The notes under the pieces were generated by a model. It searched no databases. It was given only the letters and a program-made list of their open reading frames with translations, and was not told the DNA's origin. 64,000 nucleotides of DNA. Origin: Hydrolagus colliei. Lineage: Eukaryota. Positions 21,130 through 34,000 of the stretch are shown piece after piece. Location: positions 4,030,001 through 4,094,000 of the forward strand of contig CM068771.1 in the NCBI GenBank assembly GCA_035084275.1, read 5' to 3'. A program made the position numbers and the translations under genes. Within the stretch, counting starts at the first letter, position 1. Each line of letters opens with the position of its first letter.

Positions 21130-24100
21130 TTAAACTATCACTGGGCAGATTTTCAGAGGCTTGCAATCACAACCAGGGCGGAAGAGGGGATAGAATTTCC
21201 CAGTAAAAGTGTGGGTGAAAGTATAGAGATGAGACATGTGATCGGCATTGTAAAATGACAACTGTCCGCTCTCATAGTCCAGGTAAACTCCGATCTTCTC
21301 CGGTCTCACGATCAGGGGTAGGGGGGTGAGAGGCGACGTCAGAGCCTGATAGACCCCGGCCACCAGCCACAGCCCCCAGACCCCACCCTCTGTTGACCAT
21401 GTGATTGGTTGTTTCCTGTTGACAGATGCACTAACCATTCCTACAATCCATTCAACATTGTTCCCCACCTGCGCCTCCCAGTAATGTCTCCCTGATGTGA
21501 AGCCCTCAGACCCCAGGACAAAGCGAGATTCACTAAACCTCTTTGGGTTGTCAGGGAGCGACTGCTGTTTGTCTCCGAGTCTCAAACTGGTCAGGTCCTC
21601 AGACAGGATGAGCCAGGGATGGGCTGTGTCAGGATCCAGAGTGACTGTAACTAGAGTGAGAACCAGACCATTAATGTCGGACACATTGACAATTGTAAAT
21701 AAGATGATCTTCAGCTTCGGGAGAGAAGCCTTTGTGTCAAACACTGACATCTCCTGGGAACAGAATCCAACACAAAGGCTCAGAGTCTGTGGGGGGGGGG
21801 GGGGGGGGGGGTTGTATGTGGGGGGTAGGAGGAGTTTGAGAGGGTGTATGTAGGGGAGGGATATGAGGGTATGTGGGGGAGATGTGAGAGTGTGTGTTTG
21901 GGTATGTGTAATGGCGTGTGTAGTGGGGAGAATGTGAGGGTGTTTGTGTGTAGTAGGTGCTGAGATGTGTGTGCGTCGCAGTGGCAGTGTGTGCAGGGTT
22001 GGGCAAGTGAGGGTCCGAGCATGAGAGGAATGTGAGGGTGTGGGGGGATTGTGAGGGTGTGGGTGTGAGGAGGGCGTGAGGATGAGTGTGTGTAGAGGGT
22101 GAGAAGGTGTACATGTGGAGAATGTGTGGGTCTGTGAGGAGAGATGTGAGGGTTTGTGGGGTGGGGAATGTGAAAGGTGTTTGTGGGGGGTTTGGAGTGT
22201 GTGTGGGGTGGGGGGGGGGGGTTGGTGATGGGCAGCTGGGATTGCGCTGGATGTTTGTTGCTTGGTTACTTAGACTCTTACCTCCACAACTGCGCATCCT
22301 TTTCCACTCTAAAACAAGAAGAAAGAAGTGATCAGACCTTTGGCGGTTCCAATCTCAGTCACGTTCCTCTCTCACTCTCACCTGCCCTCCTCCCTCATTC
22401 CCTGATTGATGCACTCCATGACATGCTCGCTCATTCACTCTCCCTCTAAATGTGTGTGGTGTTCACAAGACAATGTTGTCTAAGGGAAGCAAAGTTAAAG
22501 GTGTGAAACAGCCCAACGTTTTGAATTAAATAGTCCTTTAGAGTCACGTAGCTCAGTGATTAGAGCACTCGCCTGACAAGCGAAAGACCTGGGTTTGATT
22601 CCAGGCAGGGCAAAATCTTGTGCAAGTGTCCTTATTTCACTCGCCTGATAATAATCCCTCAAAAAGTATTGATCATTCCAATCTACGACTGTTTGTGAGA
22701 CACTGCTGTGCACAATTGACTGCTGCGTTTCTCCCACAATATATACAGTCAATTCACTCTAGAGCATATTCTGTGATGCGCTTTGAGACGTCCAGAAGAT
22801 GTGAAAAGCGCTATTATCAAATGCAAGGATCATTATTATTAATAATTCGTGGAATAGAATCATCGAAATTTACATCCCAGAAGCAGGCCATTCACCATCT
22901 AGTCTGTATGGGCTCCCTTAGTACGATGTTCATACAAAAGCTTCCCTGCCCTATCCCTATAGCCCTTCAATCCTCCATGCATCATATACCTGTCTACTTC
23001 TCTGATTACTTCCCTTCTGTTCTGCCATTGGAGGTTATGAGGGAGTCAACCACTACACTCTGAAACTCTGGAACAGTGTCCCTCAATCCCTCCACCTTGC
23101 ATCCCCTTCCCCCTTTTTCAAGCCCCGCCTGAAAACCTTCCTTTTCCTTTTCCACCCACCATCCCCAGACTCAGAATCAGGCTCCCTGTTACCCTGTGTG
23201 AGGCTGTTATATAAGTGTACGTTGTTGTTGAGAATGAGATTAATCACAACATGAGATTGTCATTATATTTTGATGACTTACCCAGACTCTTCTCAAGATC
23301 TGGAGGACACAGAACAAAACAGTTAGAAACCAATCCTGAATACAATGCGTTTAGTGATCATTCTACATCAGTGGTTCCCAAGCATTTTTTTGCTGCGACC
23401 CTAAATTGGCCACCAACAGGTCCTCCTACCCTTAGGAGGGGAAACGACATCGCAACAGAAGCGAAGCTCAGCCAAGACGATATCTCCGTCTCTTTTGTGG
23501 ACTCAGCGCAACTCGTTAGTACGGCCTTTCATACAAATTGGTCGGCGGTGTCACCTCGGGCACATTTCAGCATTAAAAAAAAGTATTTTCAGCGTTAGAA
23601 AAAGCCAAAAAAAATTCTGAAGACCCTTCGGTCTTCAGACCTGAAGACCCCCCCCCCCCCGCGACCCTGATTTGGGTCGGGACCCAAGGTTGGGAATCGC
23701 TCTTCTACGTGTTTATCACATTAACCAGCTCTAAACAACGCAAAGTAAACCTCAACACAATTATATGAGGTTTGAAGTACAATAAAATGTACATTTACAC
23801 AGCGCATTTCACTGTGGGGAGACATCCCAAAGCATTGGCAGCAGTGTTGTGAGGGAGGGGTTGAGTCAGACGGTCTCTCGGATTGAGTTGCAGAGAGTAG
23901 GGGTGGATAGGCCGAAAGCCTGACCTGCTGATGGTGGGGAGGCCAATGAGGCGACATGAAACAGGTCATTGAGAGCATGACCAATTGTTTCATAAACTTA
24001 CATTCTTACGCAAATCCAGTGTTATGATAAGAGATGTTACTGCTAGGAACTTACCTTTGATATCTCGGCGCTGTTTTACACTGTAGACAACAAGAACGCT

Positions 24101-27100
24101 CAGCACTATTATGGCAAGTCCTAAGAGCAGTGAGGAGACCACCAAACCCACTGGCACTTTGGGGAAGAACTCATCTGTCAAGAAGTGTGAATAGACATTT
24201 AAACATATATAGTGTTATCAAACAGCAAATGCCTTTATTTTCAAGATCCTTGTGCTCATCTTGAAAGCCCTCCATGGCCTTGCTGCCCTCTACATCTGCA
24301 TCCTCGTAACTTGCCCTCTGCCTCTGCTCCAGGCTGCTTCATATCCCTCACCTCACAGACGGGCCTTCGGCCACTTTGCCCCCACTCTCTGAAACTCCAT
24401 CCCAGAGTCACTGTGCCTCGCCCCCTCCCTTGACCCCTTCAACACGTATCTCAAGACCTCTTTAACCTTGCCTTTGGGTACCCTCCTTCCCCCCTCTGCC
24501 CACCACTCTCTCCAAGCCTAAACCCCAGCTCGGGTCCAAAACATCAAATTGTCCTCCCGATGTGAATGGCTCTATACAAACGTAATTTTTATGTTGTTTA
24601 TTTATCCCCATGACACAGTATTACACACAGCTCAGTAGCTGTCACAGGCTCAATGTACTTTTGAGGGGAGAGAGGTTGGGTCTTCTTTGAGCGAAACTGG
24701 CTCCAATGGTGCTGTGCTTGGTGACGGAATGTCAGAATAAAATTCATTCCTTGACACCGTATCCCCGAGAGGCAGATGGGTGAACGTGTGGGTCAGAAAA
24801 AGGTGAACACCAAACACAGAGCGGGGAAGAAGCCAGTTTGGAGAGACTTTTACAAGAAATGATGGGAGAGGAAGAAATGGAACTCATTGTAGCTCCTTGA
24901 GAAGAAGGCAGGGTGGGCAGCTCCACAGCTTTTGAGGAGTTAGTTCAGTAGAAGATTTTTGAGAAGAAGGTGATTGGCAGCATTTCTGAAAGATGAATAC
25001 CGTGCCAGAGGAAAGTAAATCATTCCTAACGTCTATTTTATTTCAGTTTACAAACATGATTTCTGGAAGAATCTCTAACGTTTATTGCCAACAAAACAAA
25101 TTAGAGACCCCAAAGAGAAGTGAAAATGGGCAATGGAACAATTGTTAGACAGAATCCCAACATATTCTTCAAATCATATAGCAACAAGAGGGTAATCAGG
25201 CAACAAGTTAAATCTAAAGGGACCCAAAGTGTATTGAAGAGAAGGCTGATCAGGAGATAGTGAATCTACCAAATGACCACATTTTGGCATTAATTAAACA
25301 GGAAGTTCACTAACATAGCAATGATGACAGAGCGATACCTGGCAACTCATGAACCTAAGATCAGTGAATTGAATGGTTGATATGGATGGAGCAATAAATA
25401 GAAGCAAATCATTGAAATAAATGAAAAATGTATATGTTGATCTTAAAACTGACATTCAGAACGGTGAACCTGTGACTTCTTACCCTGCTGCCTCCATGTG
25501 GATGTGTCTAATTATTTTTCAGCTCTTCACTGAGAAGTGAATAAGATAACATTGATAATAAAATCATAAGAATCCTTGCCTTTAATATAATGCCTTAATG
25601 TGTCTTTGAGACATCTGAAAGCACTTCACAGAATATGCTACAGGGAATTGATTGTATATTTTGCATGGCCAACGTTTCGCCCGGCCGGGAATCAAATCCA
25701 GATCCTCTTGTGAGCGAGTTGACTGCTCTAACCACTGAGCTACTGGACTCCACTGTTGCAATGTTGGCTGTGAGTTATAAAGTATTTGTTCATTCAGAAT
25801 TAGCAGCTTGAATAGGTTAGCAGGACGGGTGGGTAAGTGGGAGTACTCAGGTCAATTCAGAATTCATTTCAATTTGGTGTTATAATGGGAAGCTGGTGAA
25901 TTTGCTATTTGAAAGAAAGAGATTAGGTGAACCGCGTCTTCTAGACTGATCTTACTTTAGTTAACAAGTTCTACAAATCTTCATCATAGTTATCAGACTA
26001 TTATTAGTATAGTGGACCTTGCAAGCACGTGACATGGGTTCTATCCTTGGTAGGGTGTTGCGCAAGTTTTCTTAGTTCACGCGTCTCTTTTTAATCTGGG
26101 ATTAACAACAACAACGATAACAAAATTACACTTGTATAGCGCCTTTTAAGTCAGAAATGGGAACCTGGTTGATTGTCGATTGGCAGATCAATAATAATAA
26201 TAATCCCTAAAAAAAAATCTTAATAGAAAATAAATAGTTTTGATATTGGGTCATTATTGGGACCATTGCTCCTTATGATCTGTGTAAATGGTTGTACTTG
26301 AGCATAGGGAATTATATTTCTAAGTTTACAGATGATAAGAAGCGAGGAAAAGTAGTAAACAGTGAGGAGACTAGTAGCAGACTGCAAGAGGATAGAGATA
26401 GGCTGGTAAAATGGGCAGACACTTGGCAGATGAAGTTTAATGTGGAGAAAAGCAAAATGGTGCATTTTGGGAGGAAGCATGAGCAGAGGCAATACAAGCT
26501 AGATGATAAAATCTTAAAAGGGATGACGGAACAGTGAGACTTAGGGGTTCCAAAAAGTAAATTGTTGAAGGTGACAGGAAAGGTAGGCAAAGCTGTTGAA
26601 AAAATATACGGATACTAGGCTTTATTCATAGAATATGAAAGTCAGGATCTTATGATAAATCTTTGTAAAACACTGGTTAAGTTTCAGCTAGGGTATTGTG
26701 TTCAGTTCTGGGCACCACACTTTAGGAAAGACGTCAAGGCATTGGAAAGGGTGCAAAGGAGATTTACCAGGAGAGTAGGGAATGAGGGATTGGCAAAATG
26801 AGGGACTTCATTTGTGAGGAAAGGCTAGAGTTTTGCCCACAAATATACAGTCGGTTTCCCTGCTCTCCTTCCCCCTACCCCGATCCCTCCCCTTGTCATC
26901 TTTCCCCCCTTTCTCCCCAAATCCCACTTCCATTAATGTTTGCTGTGAACAATTTGGCTGCTGGAAAGTGAGTTGTTCTGATCTGGAATACATTGCCTGA
27001 AACAGTGGTGGAAGTTGATTCAATTACAGCTTTTACAAAATAAGAAGAAAAATGATTTTGTGTGGTCAAGTTTGTAGAGTTATGGGAGAGAGTGGAGGAG

Positions 27101-29366
27101 TGGGATTGATTTGGACAGCTCTTTTCATTTCAGAGTTGGCATCGACATGATGGGCCAAATGTCCTCCTTCTGAGTTGTACAATTCCAGGATTCTCCGATC
27201 GTTTGGGCACTCAATCCACGACTGTTTGTGGGATCCTCTGTGTGCAATTGGCTGCCACGATTTTCGCCCACAAATATAAAGTTAATTCACTTGATAGTAT
27301 ATTCTGTGAAGTGCTTTGAGATGTCTTGAAGACATCAAAAGCGCTATATCGAATGAAAAAATTATTATATTTTAGTATTTGCTGACCTGAGATTTGGAGT
27401 TTTCCTTCTTGTTCATATTCTGATTTGCCAACCCGACACCTGATCTTGTTGGTTGAATGGATTATTTCTATTTGACTTTTAACACTGAAGAGACCTTTAG
27501 AATCCTGTTTGACTGTCCAGTTACTGAGTGTTGATAATTTGTTTCCCTGATCATCAACCCACAGAACCTCTGGTGCTGGGAACCATCCACTGGATTCACA
27601 CAACAGCCTCACACCATCATTGTGTTGTCCTTCAACATGAATCCAAGGCTGACTGCCAAGGCCTGGAAGAGACAGGAGATGTGAAGCCGACAATGTTGAT
27701 ACTTAAGCATTAGACTGAATTATAGATTTTACTGAAGGCATGTTTGTAACATTCTGAAAGAATATGCATGTAGCTTTTTTCTTGTTTCTAATTTGTGACG
27801 TTGTCATCGTAAGATAGCTAACAAATAATAAGGATTTTTACAGATATGTCATATATAAAAAAGGTAAACGTTAATTACCCAGAACCTGCAATATTATCGC
27901 TGCTTCTTCATACCATCCGTCATAGTCAACGAAACATGTGTACTCGCCTTGATCTGTCCCTCGCACATTTACTAGTCTGAGAGACACATTGCCATTGATA
28001 AACTTCTCTACAAACAGATGTGTTCTGTGTCTGTAGGTTTCATCCTGTTTCTCTAGTTGATGACGTCCCTCTTTGTATAAGTACACAGGGGAGTCATATC
28101 TTGTTCTGAACCATCTCACCTCCACACCCTCTAGAGGCAGGTCTGTGGAACACTTACAGTCCAGGACAACATCCGAGCCAGCAGTGGCTGGGACAGGGTG
28201 GGCAGGGCCACTGACTGTGAATCTCTCTGTTTAACAACAAACAATGGACATAGTTAGGACAAACTCAGACAAACTGAAACGGACAGTCACTGACCTATTA
28301 CAGTAAAAGCCCGTTTATCCGGCACCCGACCAACTGTAACTTCCGTATAACCGGCACATCAAAAAACAGGTCCGCATTCGATTAACCGGAATTTATCCGG
28401 AAAAATGCATTTTAATATTTTGTTTTCATTTTCAGCCAAATATCCAGCATGCGCTTTAACCGGCATTGGCCATTCTCTAAAGACCGGCCTTGAAGGAGGT
28501 GAAGGAGGGAGCGAGGCGAAGGCGAAGGTGAAGGGACTGTGGGATGGAGTTCCAGAATGTGCGAGCAGAGAGGCTGAAAGCCCGTCCGCTGATGGTAGGG
28601 GGTGTCAGGCATGGGATATGGAGCAGGTCGAAGCCCGCTAAATGGAGGGGACGGGGGGGGTTGATAGGGGGACAGCAGGTCGGTGAGGTAGGAGGGGGCA
28701 AGACTGTGAATGGCCTTGAAGTTGAGGACGAGGATCTTGAATTGGATCCTCTGCAGGATGGGGAGCCAATGGAGGCAGGCGAGGGTGGGAGAGATGTGGT
28801 CACGGAGCCTGGTGAGGGTGAGGACATGAACTGAGGAGTTCTGGATGATCTGCAGTTTGTGGAGGGAAGAACGAGGAGGGAATTTCCAAAGGGAAACAAT
28901 GCCCAGGCTCCTGACACAGTGGCACCCAGTGGGAACTGCAATCCGCTATTCCGAATTCTGGAGGATTTGATCGGACATCGGAAAAAGCGTACGGATTTTG
29001 AGATCTTGCTGGTTTTAGGGAGTTGAATTTCAGAATGTCAGATTATCGGGGTTTTCCTGTACTGTGTGGGTGAAAAGAACACAGCAGTGTCCAACAAACA
29101 GTTGTGGATTGAGTGATGAAATGATTATCATTTAAAGAAATAAGGGCAATGTCAAATGCAAGGATTATTATTAATAATCCTTATAGCAGTTAGCGGTTAT
29201 CAGCGTGTGAATCACACTCACTCCCAGCCACCGCCTTCAGCAGCTCTCCCTTTACCTTCAGCAATTTAACACAAACAGAAATCAAACAGACATAATGTGT
29301 TTCCTTACCAGCCAGTGACAGGGGGAGCGCAATCAATAGGACCTGAATACTGTGTTTCCAGCTCAT
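21130..29366 (-). CDS. Butyrophilin-like gene B, predicted 455 aa. Signal peptide 29366-29309, IgV 28226-27879, IgC 27662-27387, TM 24174-24055, 18-nt exon 23299-23282, 27-nt exon 22308-22282, B30.2 21650-21130
   Basis: Canonical BTN architecture; all junctions GT-AG phase 1. IgC reads [38 protein letters not shown]; EWKRMRSCG precedes [19 protein letters not shown]. Confidence 0.9.
21790..22230. repeat. GT/G-rich low-complexity tract in the last intron of gene B
   Basis: Degenerate gtgagggtgtgt-like units and poly-G runs. Confidence 0.8.
23369..23702. mobile_element. hAT-Charlie-like MITE, same family as 13725-14755, opposite orientation
   Basis: CAGTGGTTCCCAA start; TSD TTCTACAT/TTCTACGT; interior is the reverse complement of the other copy. 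Confidence 0.8.
26250..27180 (+). mobile_element. Degenerate CR1 LINE, RT C-terminus plus 3' end
   Basis: [41 protein letters not shown]; later [12 protein letters not shown]-like sequence; stops and frameshifts. Confidence 0.85.
28301..29059. mobile_element. Tigger/pogo-like MITE with a nested L2 fragment (about 28475-28880)
   Basis: TA|CAGTAAAAGCCCG ... GGGGTTTTCCTG|TA ends; family members at 59940-60140, 60855-60931 and 61810-61910. Confidence 0.7.
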
Positions 29367-29442
29367 CTTTTAGGACCTTCACAATGAGATCACATCCGGT
29401 TACAAAAGCAAATCAGATAATTACACACAGAGGTTTGAGTTT

Positions 29443-29773
29443 GATAATAATAATAATAATCATCCTTGCATTTGATACAGCGCTTTTCACATCTTTTAAG
29501 CGTCTCAAAGCGCTTCACAGAATAAGCTGTCAAGTGAATTGACTGTGCGTTTGTGGGCGAAACGCGGCAGCCAATAGCGCACAGCGGCGTCTCCCACAAA
29601 CAGCCGCGGATTGAAAATGACCGGTTTTATTATTGTGATTTTTGGAGGTATTATTATTAGGTGTGGAGTAAGGAAACATGCCCAAGGTTTCGCCCTGACC
29701 TACTGCCTGGATTCGAACACAGGTCTCACGCTTTTAAGGCGAGTGGCTCTAACCACTGAGCCACAGGACTCCC
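29443..29773 (-). mobile_element. Full-length Deu-type SINE, just upstream of the gene B signal-peptide exon
   Basis: Same head/core/tail layout on the minus strand. Confidence 0.85.
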
Positions 29774-30619
29774 AACATCAATAATAAAATATAAAACAGA
29801 TTCTGTGAACTTATAACATGTACTTTGCATTTACACACACACAGCAGAACAAACTGCCATCTCTGTCGGAATAATGATTTGGGAAGTTTAACTGTGACAG
29901 TGAGGCCCCCCCCCCAGCCCCACACTGGGGGGTCTCCATGAGGTAGTTTTGGGGAAGAAACATGTTGTGTGTGACTGCTCTATGTGCTCCTCCCCTCCCT
30001 CTCCTCAGAGCTGCTCCTTATTCACCCCCAACAAGGTGCAGGTCAGAGACGAGGCTCCCATTCCCCTCACTCCTCACTGGCCTCCAATTCTCAGCGTTTA
30101 AACAACAAACTGGGAATAAACTCACAGCAGCCGCTCCCGCTTTACTATTTACACAAACCTGACAATGGAGAACATTTATTTCATAGTTAAACTCAACATC
30201 ACAGGGTGCGAAAGTGAATCCTGTGAATCCTGCAATTGCGATAAAATATAAAAGTAAATATTTTTTTAATCGCGATCTAATTTCGTTTCAGGAAACAATT
30301 TCCGACACTGACCTGTTTAGGTTTTGTCCCGAAAGAGAAGAATCTTCACTGTTAAAAGTAAATTAAACTTGTGTGCGATGTGGCGATGCCCAGCGTCTAC
30401 TTCTGCTTTTAATTTCTGCGGAAATCATATTAATAGACACACAAACAGGGAAAGGACTGTTCAAATATTCTCTAGAGTACAGGGTGAGGAACAGTCATGT
30501 GATTTTCACTGTGAGTGTTAACAGTAGCTCATCACATTGCTGTCTGAGCCTCATCACAGCCTCAACTTTTCCCTCAACAAACAATAGCCTAGTTGTAGTA
30601 ACATAATCACTTCCTGTGT

Positions 30620-31090
30620 ACAGGTAAACCTCTATTTAGGACGGGGTTGCGTTCCTGAAAAACTGTATCTAGATCGAAACATCCTAAATCGAAACGCGAT
30701 TTCCCATGCGGTCCCAATATATAACCAGAGATGTGTTCTTTTCACAAAATTTTCGGACCTTAACAACACACAAAACCCCGCAACATAACACACAAATCAA
30801 CACACATGGGCAAGGAGGGGTACTTGGGGTAACTGTACAGTATTGTACTTTAATACTGGCAAACGTTAATACTGTACACTACTGGCAAACTTTAATACTG
30901 GCAGTGTGACAGTGACACTTGCAGCTTCCCCCCTCATCTTGATGTTGTGGAGCCCATAGCGTCTTTTAAACCTTTGAAACCACCCTGTGCCAGCACTGAA
31001 AGATGGCGCCGTTGAGCCTTCTCCTTCCTGATCATTTAACTCCCTAAACAATGATTTTGCCTTCTCTTGGATAACCAGGGTGTTGAGTGG
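30620..31090 (-). mobile_element. Tigger/pogo transposon fragment: terminal repeat plus a CENP-B-type HTH transposase piece
   Basis: IQEKAKSLFREL..FSAGTGWFQRFKRRYGLHNIKMRGEAAS. The end CAGGTAAACCTC..GGGGTTGCGTTCCTGAAAAA matches the inverted end of a short related element at 34136-34398. Confidence 0.8.
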
Positions 31091-34000
31091 CATATTATGC
31101 TGGTTCTGATCCTCAATCCAGACACCCTTTCCATGTTTTCCTTCACATCACTCCTATGTTTTGCTAATCTCCTTGCACCCGTAGCTGTAACACACCTCGA
31201 ACTTGCCAGTGTATTGTCCTTATTCTGTTTTACAGTAGCCACCATTGGCCTGGCCTAGCTAGCCCTAAAGCCCTCCCGACGTCTGTACATTTTCTGCCAG
31301 ACTCAATGCGCTTTATCACCTCCAATTTGGTATTTAAAGTGATGACTTTGCAGGGTTTCTGGCCGCTAGAGGTATTACCGCTGCTCATTTCACTTATTGC
31401 TCTCTTTCCCGACTTGCCATAAACGAGGTAGAGGCTGTAAATCGCTGGAAGTTGCTCGGGAATGTTTGGAAATTACTGTAATGTTGACGTGGCGTGGTGT
31501 CGATTCAAAATCAGCTGCTTTTAAACGATGATGTGGCGACATGCTATTAGCTAGTTCAAACGCTTGGGTTTACCCCCGAATAAGCTATGGACTGTGCGTA
31601 TGGACAAAAAGGACGCGCAAAATACGACCGCTATATTCAAAATATGCACTGCGCAATAAAGCACTGTACCAAATGCAAGGATTAGTATCATTTATCAATC
31701 AATCAATCAATCAATAATTACATTTATGTAGCGCCTTTCACATCCCAAGGAACTGAACAGTCAGGTAGGGATCAGAGCGGCTGGGGGGGGGGGGGGGGGG
31801 GGGGAGGGGTTGGGGGAAGGAGAGGAAAGTAGGAGAATTGACTGTATATTTGTGGGCGAAAATCGGCAGCCAAACTGCGCACAGCAGCGTCCCACAAACA
31901 GTCGTGGAAGTGAGGTCAGGGGAGAAAGGGGGGAAATATGGCCAGGGGAGGGGTCAGGGGAGGGGGGAAGGAGAGCAGGGAAACCGACTGTATATTTGTG
32001 GTTTATGTAACAGGATTTCGATGCCTTGAATAATAACAACAATACTGATCCTCGCATTTGATGCCGTCTGCCTTATCGTAAACGCTCTGAGACACCGCCC
32101 GGCGTGGAAAGCGCAATGTAAATCAAAGTTGTTGTTGTTGTTGTTGCTATCACGTCATTGAGACGCCTTGAAATGCTTCACAGAATACACCGTAAGGTTG
32201 GGTTTCGGGGAGAAATGTGGTAGCCGATCGCGCACAGCAGCATTCCACAATCATGGATCAAATGAATCGTGTTGGAGGGGATTATTCTCCACGGAAAGCG
32301 AAGAAACTTGCCGAAGAGATATCATCGTACCAAATCGGTCGGCTGTCTGATAATAAAACACAACAAAATGGTTGTGATCAAACGTACCGCGAACGGTAAT
32401 ATTAATAATTCTTGCATTTGATATAGTGCTTTTCACATCCTGTAGATGACTTAAAACGCTTCACAGGGTATATTTTAAAGCGAATTGACTGTATATTTAT
32501 GGGCAAAACGTAGCAGCCAACAGCAGCGTCCCCACATACAGTTGTGGATTGAAAGTTATTGAAATTGAAAACATTTAACACATTTTTTTATTGAGGGATT
32601 ATCCTAAGTCTTCGCCCTCTCCAACTCTCTTTTCCCCCGACCCTACCCTGACCACCCCCCACCACCCACCCCCCCAACTACCCCACCACCCACTGCTCGG
32701 GTCCCTACCCAACTGTTCAGCCCCATGGGACATCCTCCCGACGTGAAAGCCGTTCTATAAATGTAATTTTGTTGTTGTTGTGGGCGTGCGGAGTTAGGAA
32801 ACTTGCCTCACGTTTCCGCCCTGACCTGCCTGGAATCGAACCCGGGTCTCTCGCTTGCGTACCAGCTACAGGGCGAGAGTTTGGGATCAGTTTGGAATGG
32901 TAGAAGACCAATAAAAGGTTATACTTTCATTTGGACAGTAGGTGGCGGTGAAATACAGACTGTAAAGTCTTTCACTTTGCAGTGCGTAAGTAAAGTCAAA
33001 CCAATTTTCAGCGACGACATGTGACCAGACCAAAGTGACCTTTATGTTAGTTAGTTCAGTGGCTTTGAGTGAGTGTTTTGTTGGTTGGTTCGTCGACTGG
33101 ACAGGCTTGTTTTTTTTTAAAAAGTTACACAAAAAAATTCACAAACCACGAAATTCCACTCGCGGTTTGTAAACTTCGTCAACATCGTCCTCACCAGTGA
33201 AGCTGTGATGTTATCAACGTGAGCATTGGTAACTGTGCGAGGAGTCTGGCAGGAGTCTATACTTGGGCTGGCAGAAATTGGTAATTTAATAATATCAATC
33301 CTTGCAATTGATGTATCGCTCTTCACGGCTTCTAAGACGTCTCAAAGCGCTTCACAGAATATACTGTGAAATGAGTTTTATATTCCACAAGGGCATGTAC
33401 TCTATATAAGTATTACCAGTGTTTAATAATAATAATCCTTGCGTTTGAGATAGCACCTTGTTACATCGTTGAGGCACTCGACTATATATTTGTAAAGTGG
33501 ATTGAATGTGTATTTGGTGGATAGCCAATTGCACACAGCAGCGTCCCTAAATTTAATGCAATTCAACTTTAAATTTTAAATACACCAACATTCACTTAGA
33601 ACTGGGCATTGTATACCTTCTCATTGTATCATTCTCACCCGCACCAAGCTTCGCTCCCCCGTTAACCCCCAGTCCTTGCCAGGCTTCACTGGCTCCCTGT
33701 CCCGAAGAGGATCGATTTCGAGATCCTCACCCTGGTTTTCAAATCCTTCCACTCCTCTGCACCCCCCCATCTCTCTGATCTCCTCTCTCCTCAAACCAGC
33801 ACCCGTTGCCTTCGCTCCACCAGATCTGGCCTCCTCGATGTCCCCCCCCCGAATACTCCGCTCCACCCCCGGCGGCCGTGGCTTCAGCCATTACGCCCCG
33901 AGGCTCTGGAAATCCCTTCCTCACTCCCTTTGCCTCGCCACCCCATAAACTCCATCCCATAATCCCTTCGCCTTGCTCCCTCCCTTGCGTCCTTCAATGC

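Noticed and set aside
22541-22612. tRNA-like sequences (also about 40523, 44847, 48185, 54044, 57723)
   Set aside because: They have A/B boxes but no pairing acceptor stem and continue into the SINE core, so they are SINE heads, not tRNA genes.
31338-31400. Possible C/D-box snoRNA (GTGATGA...ATTACCGC), considered because SNORD48/52 lie next to HSPA1 in human
   Set aside because: No box D (CTGA) at a suitable distance and no terminal stem.
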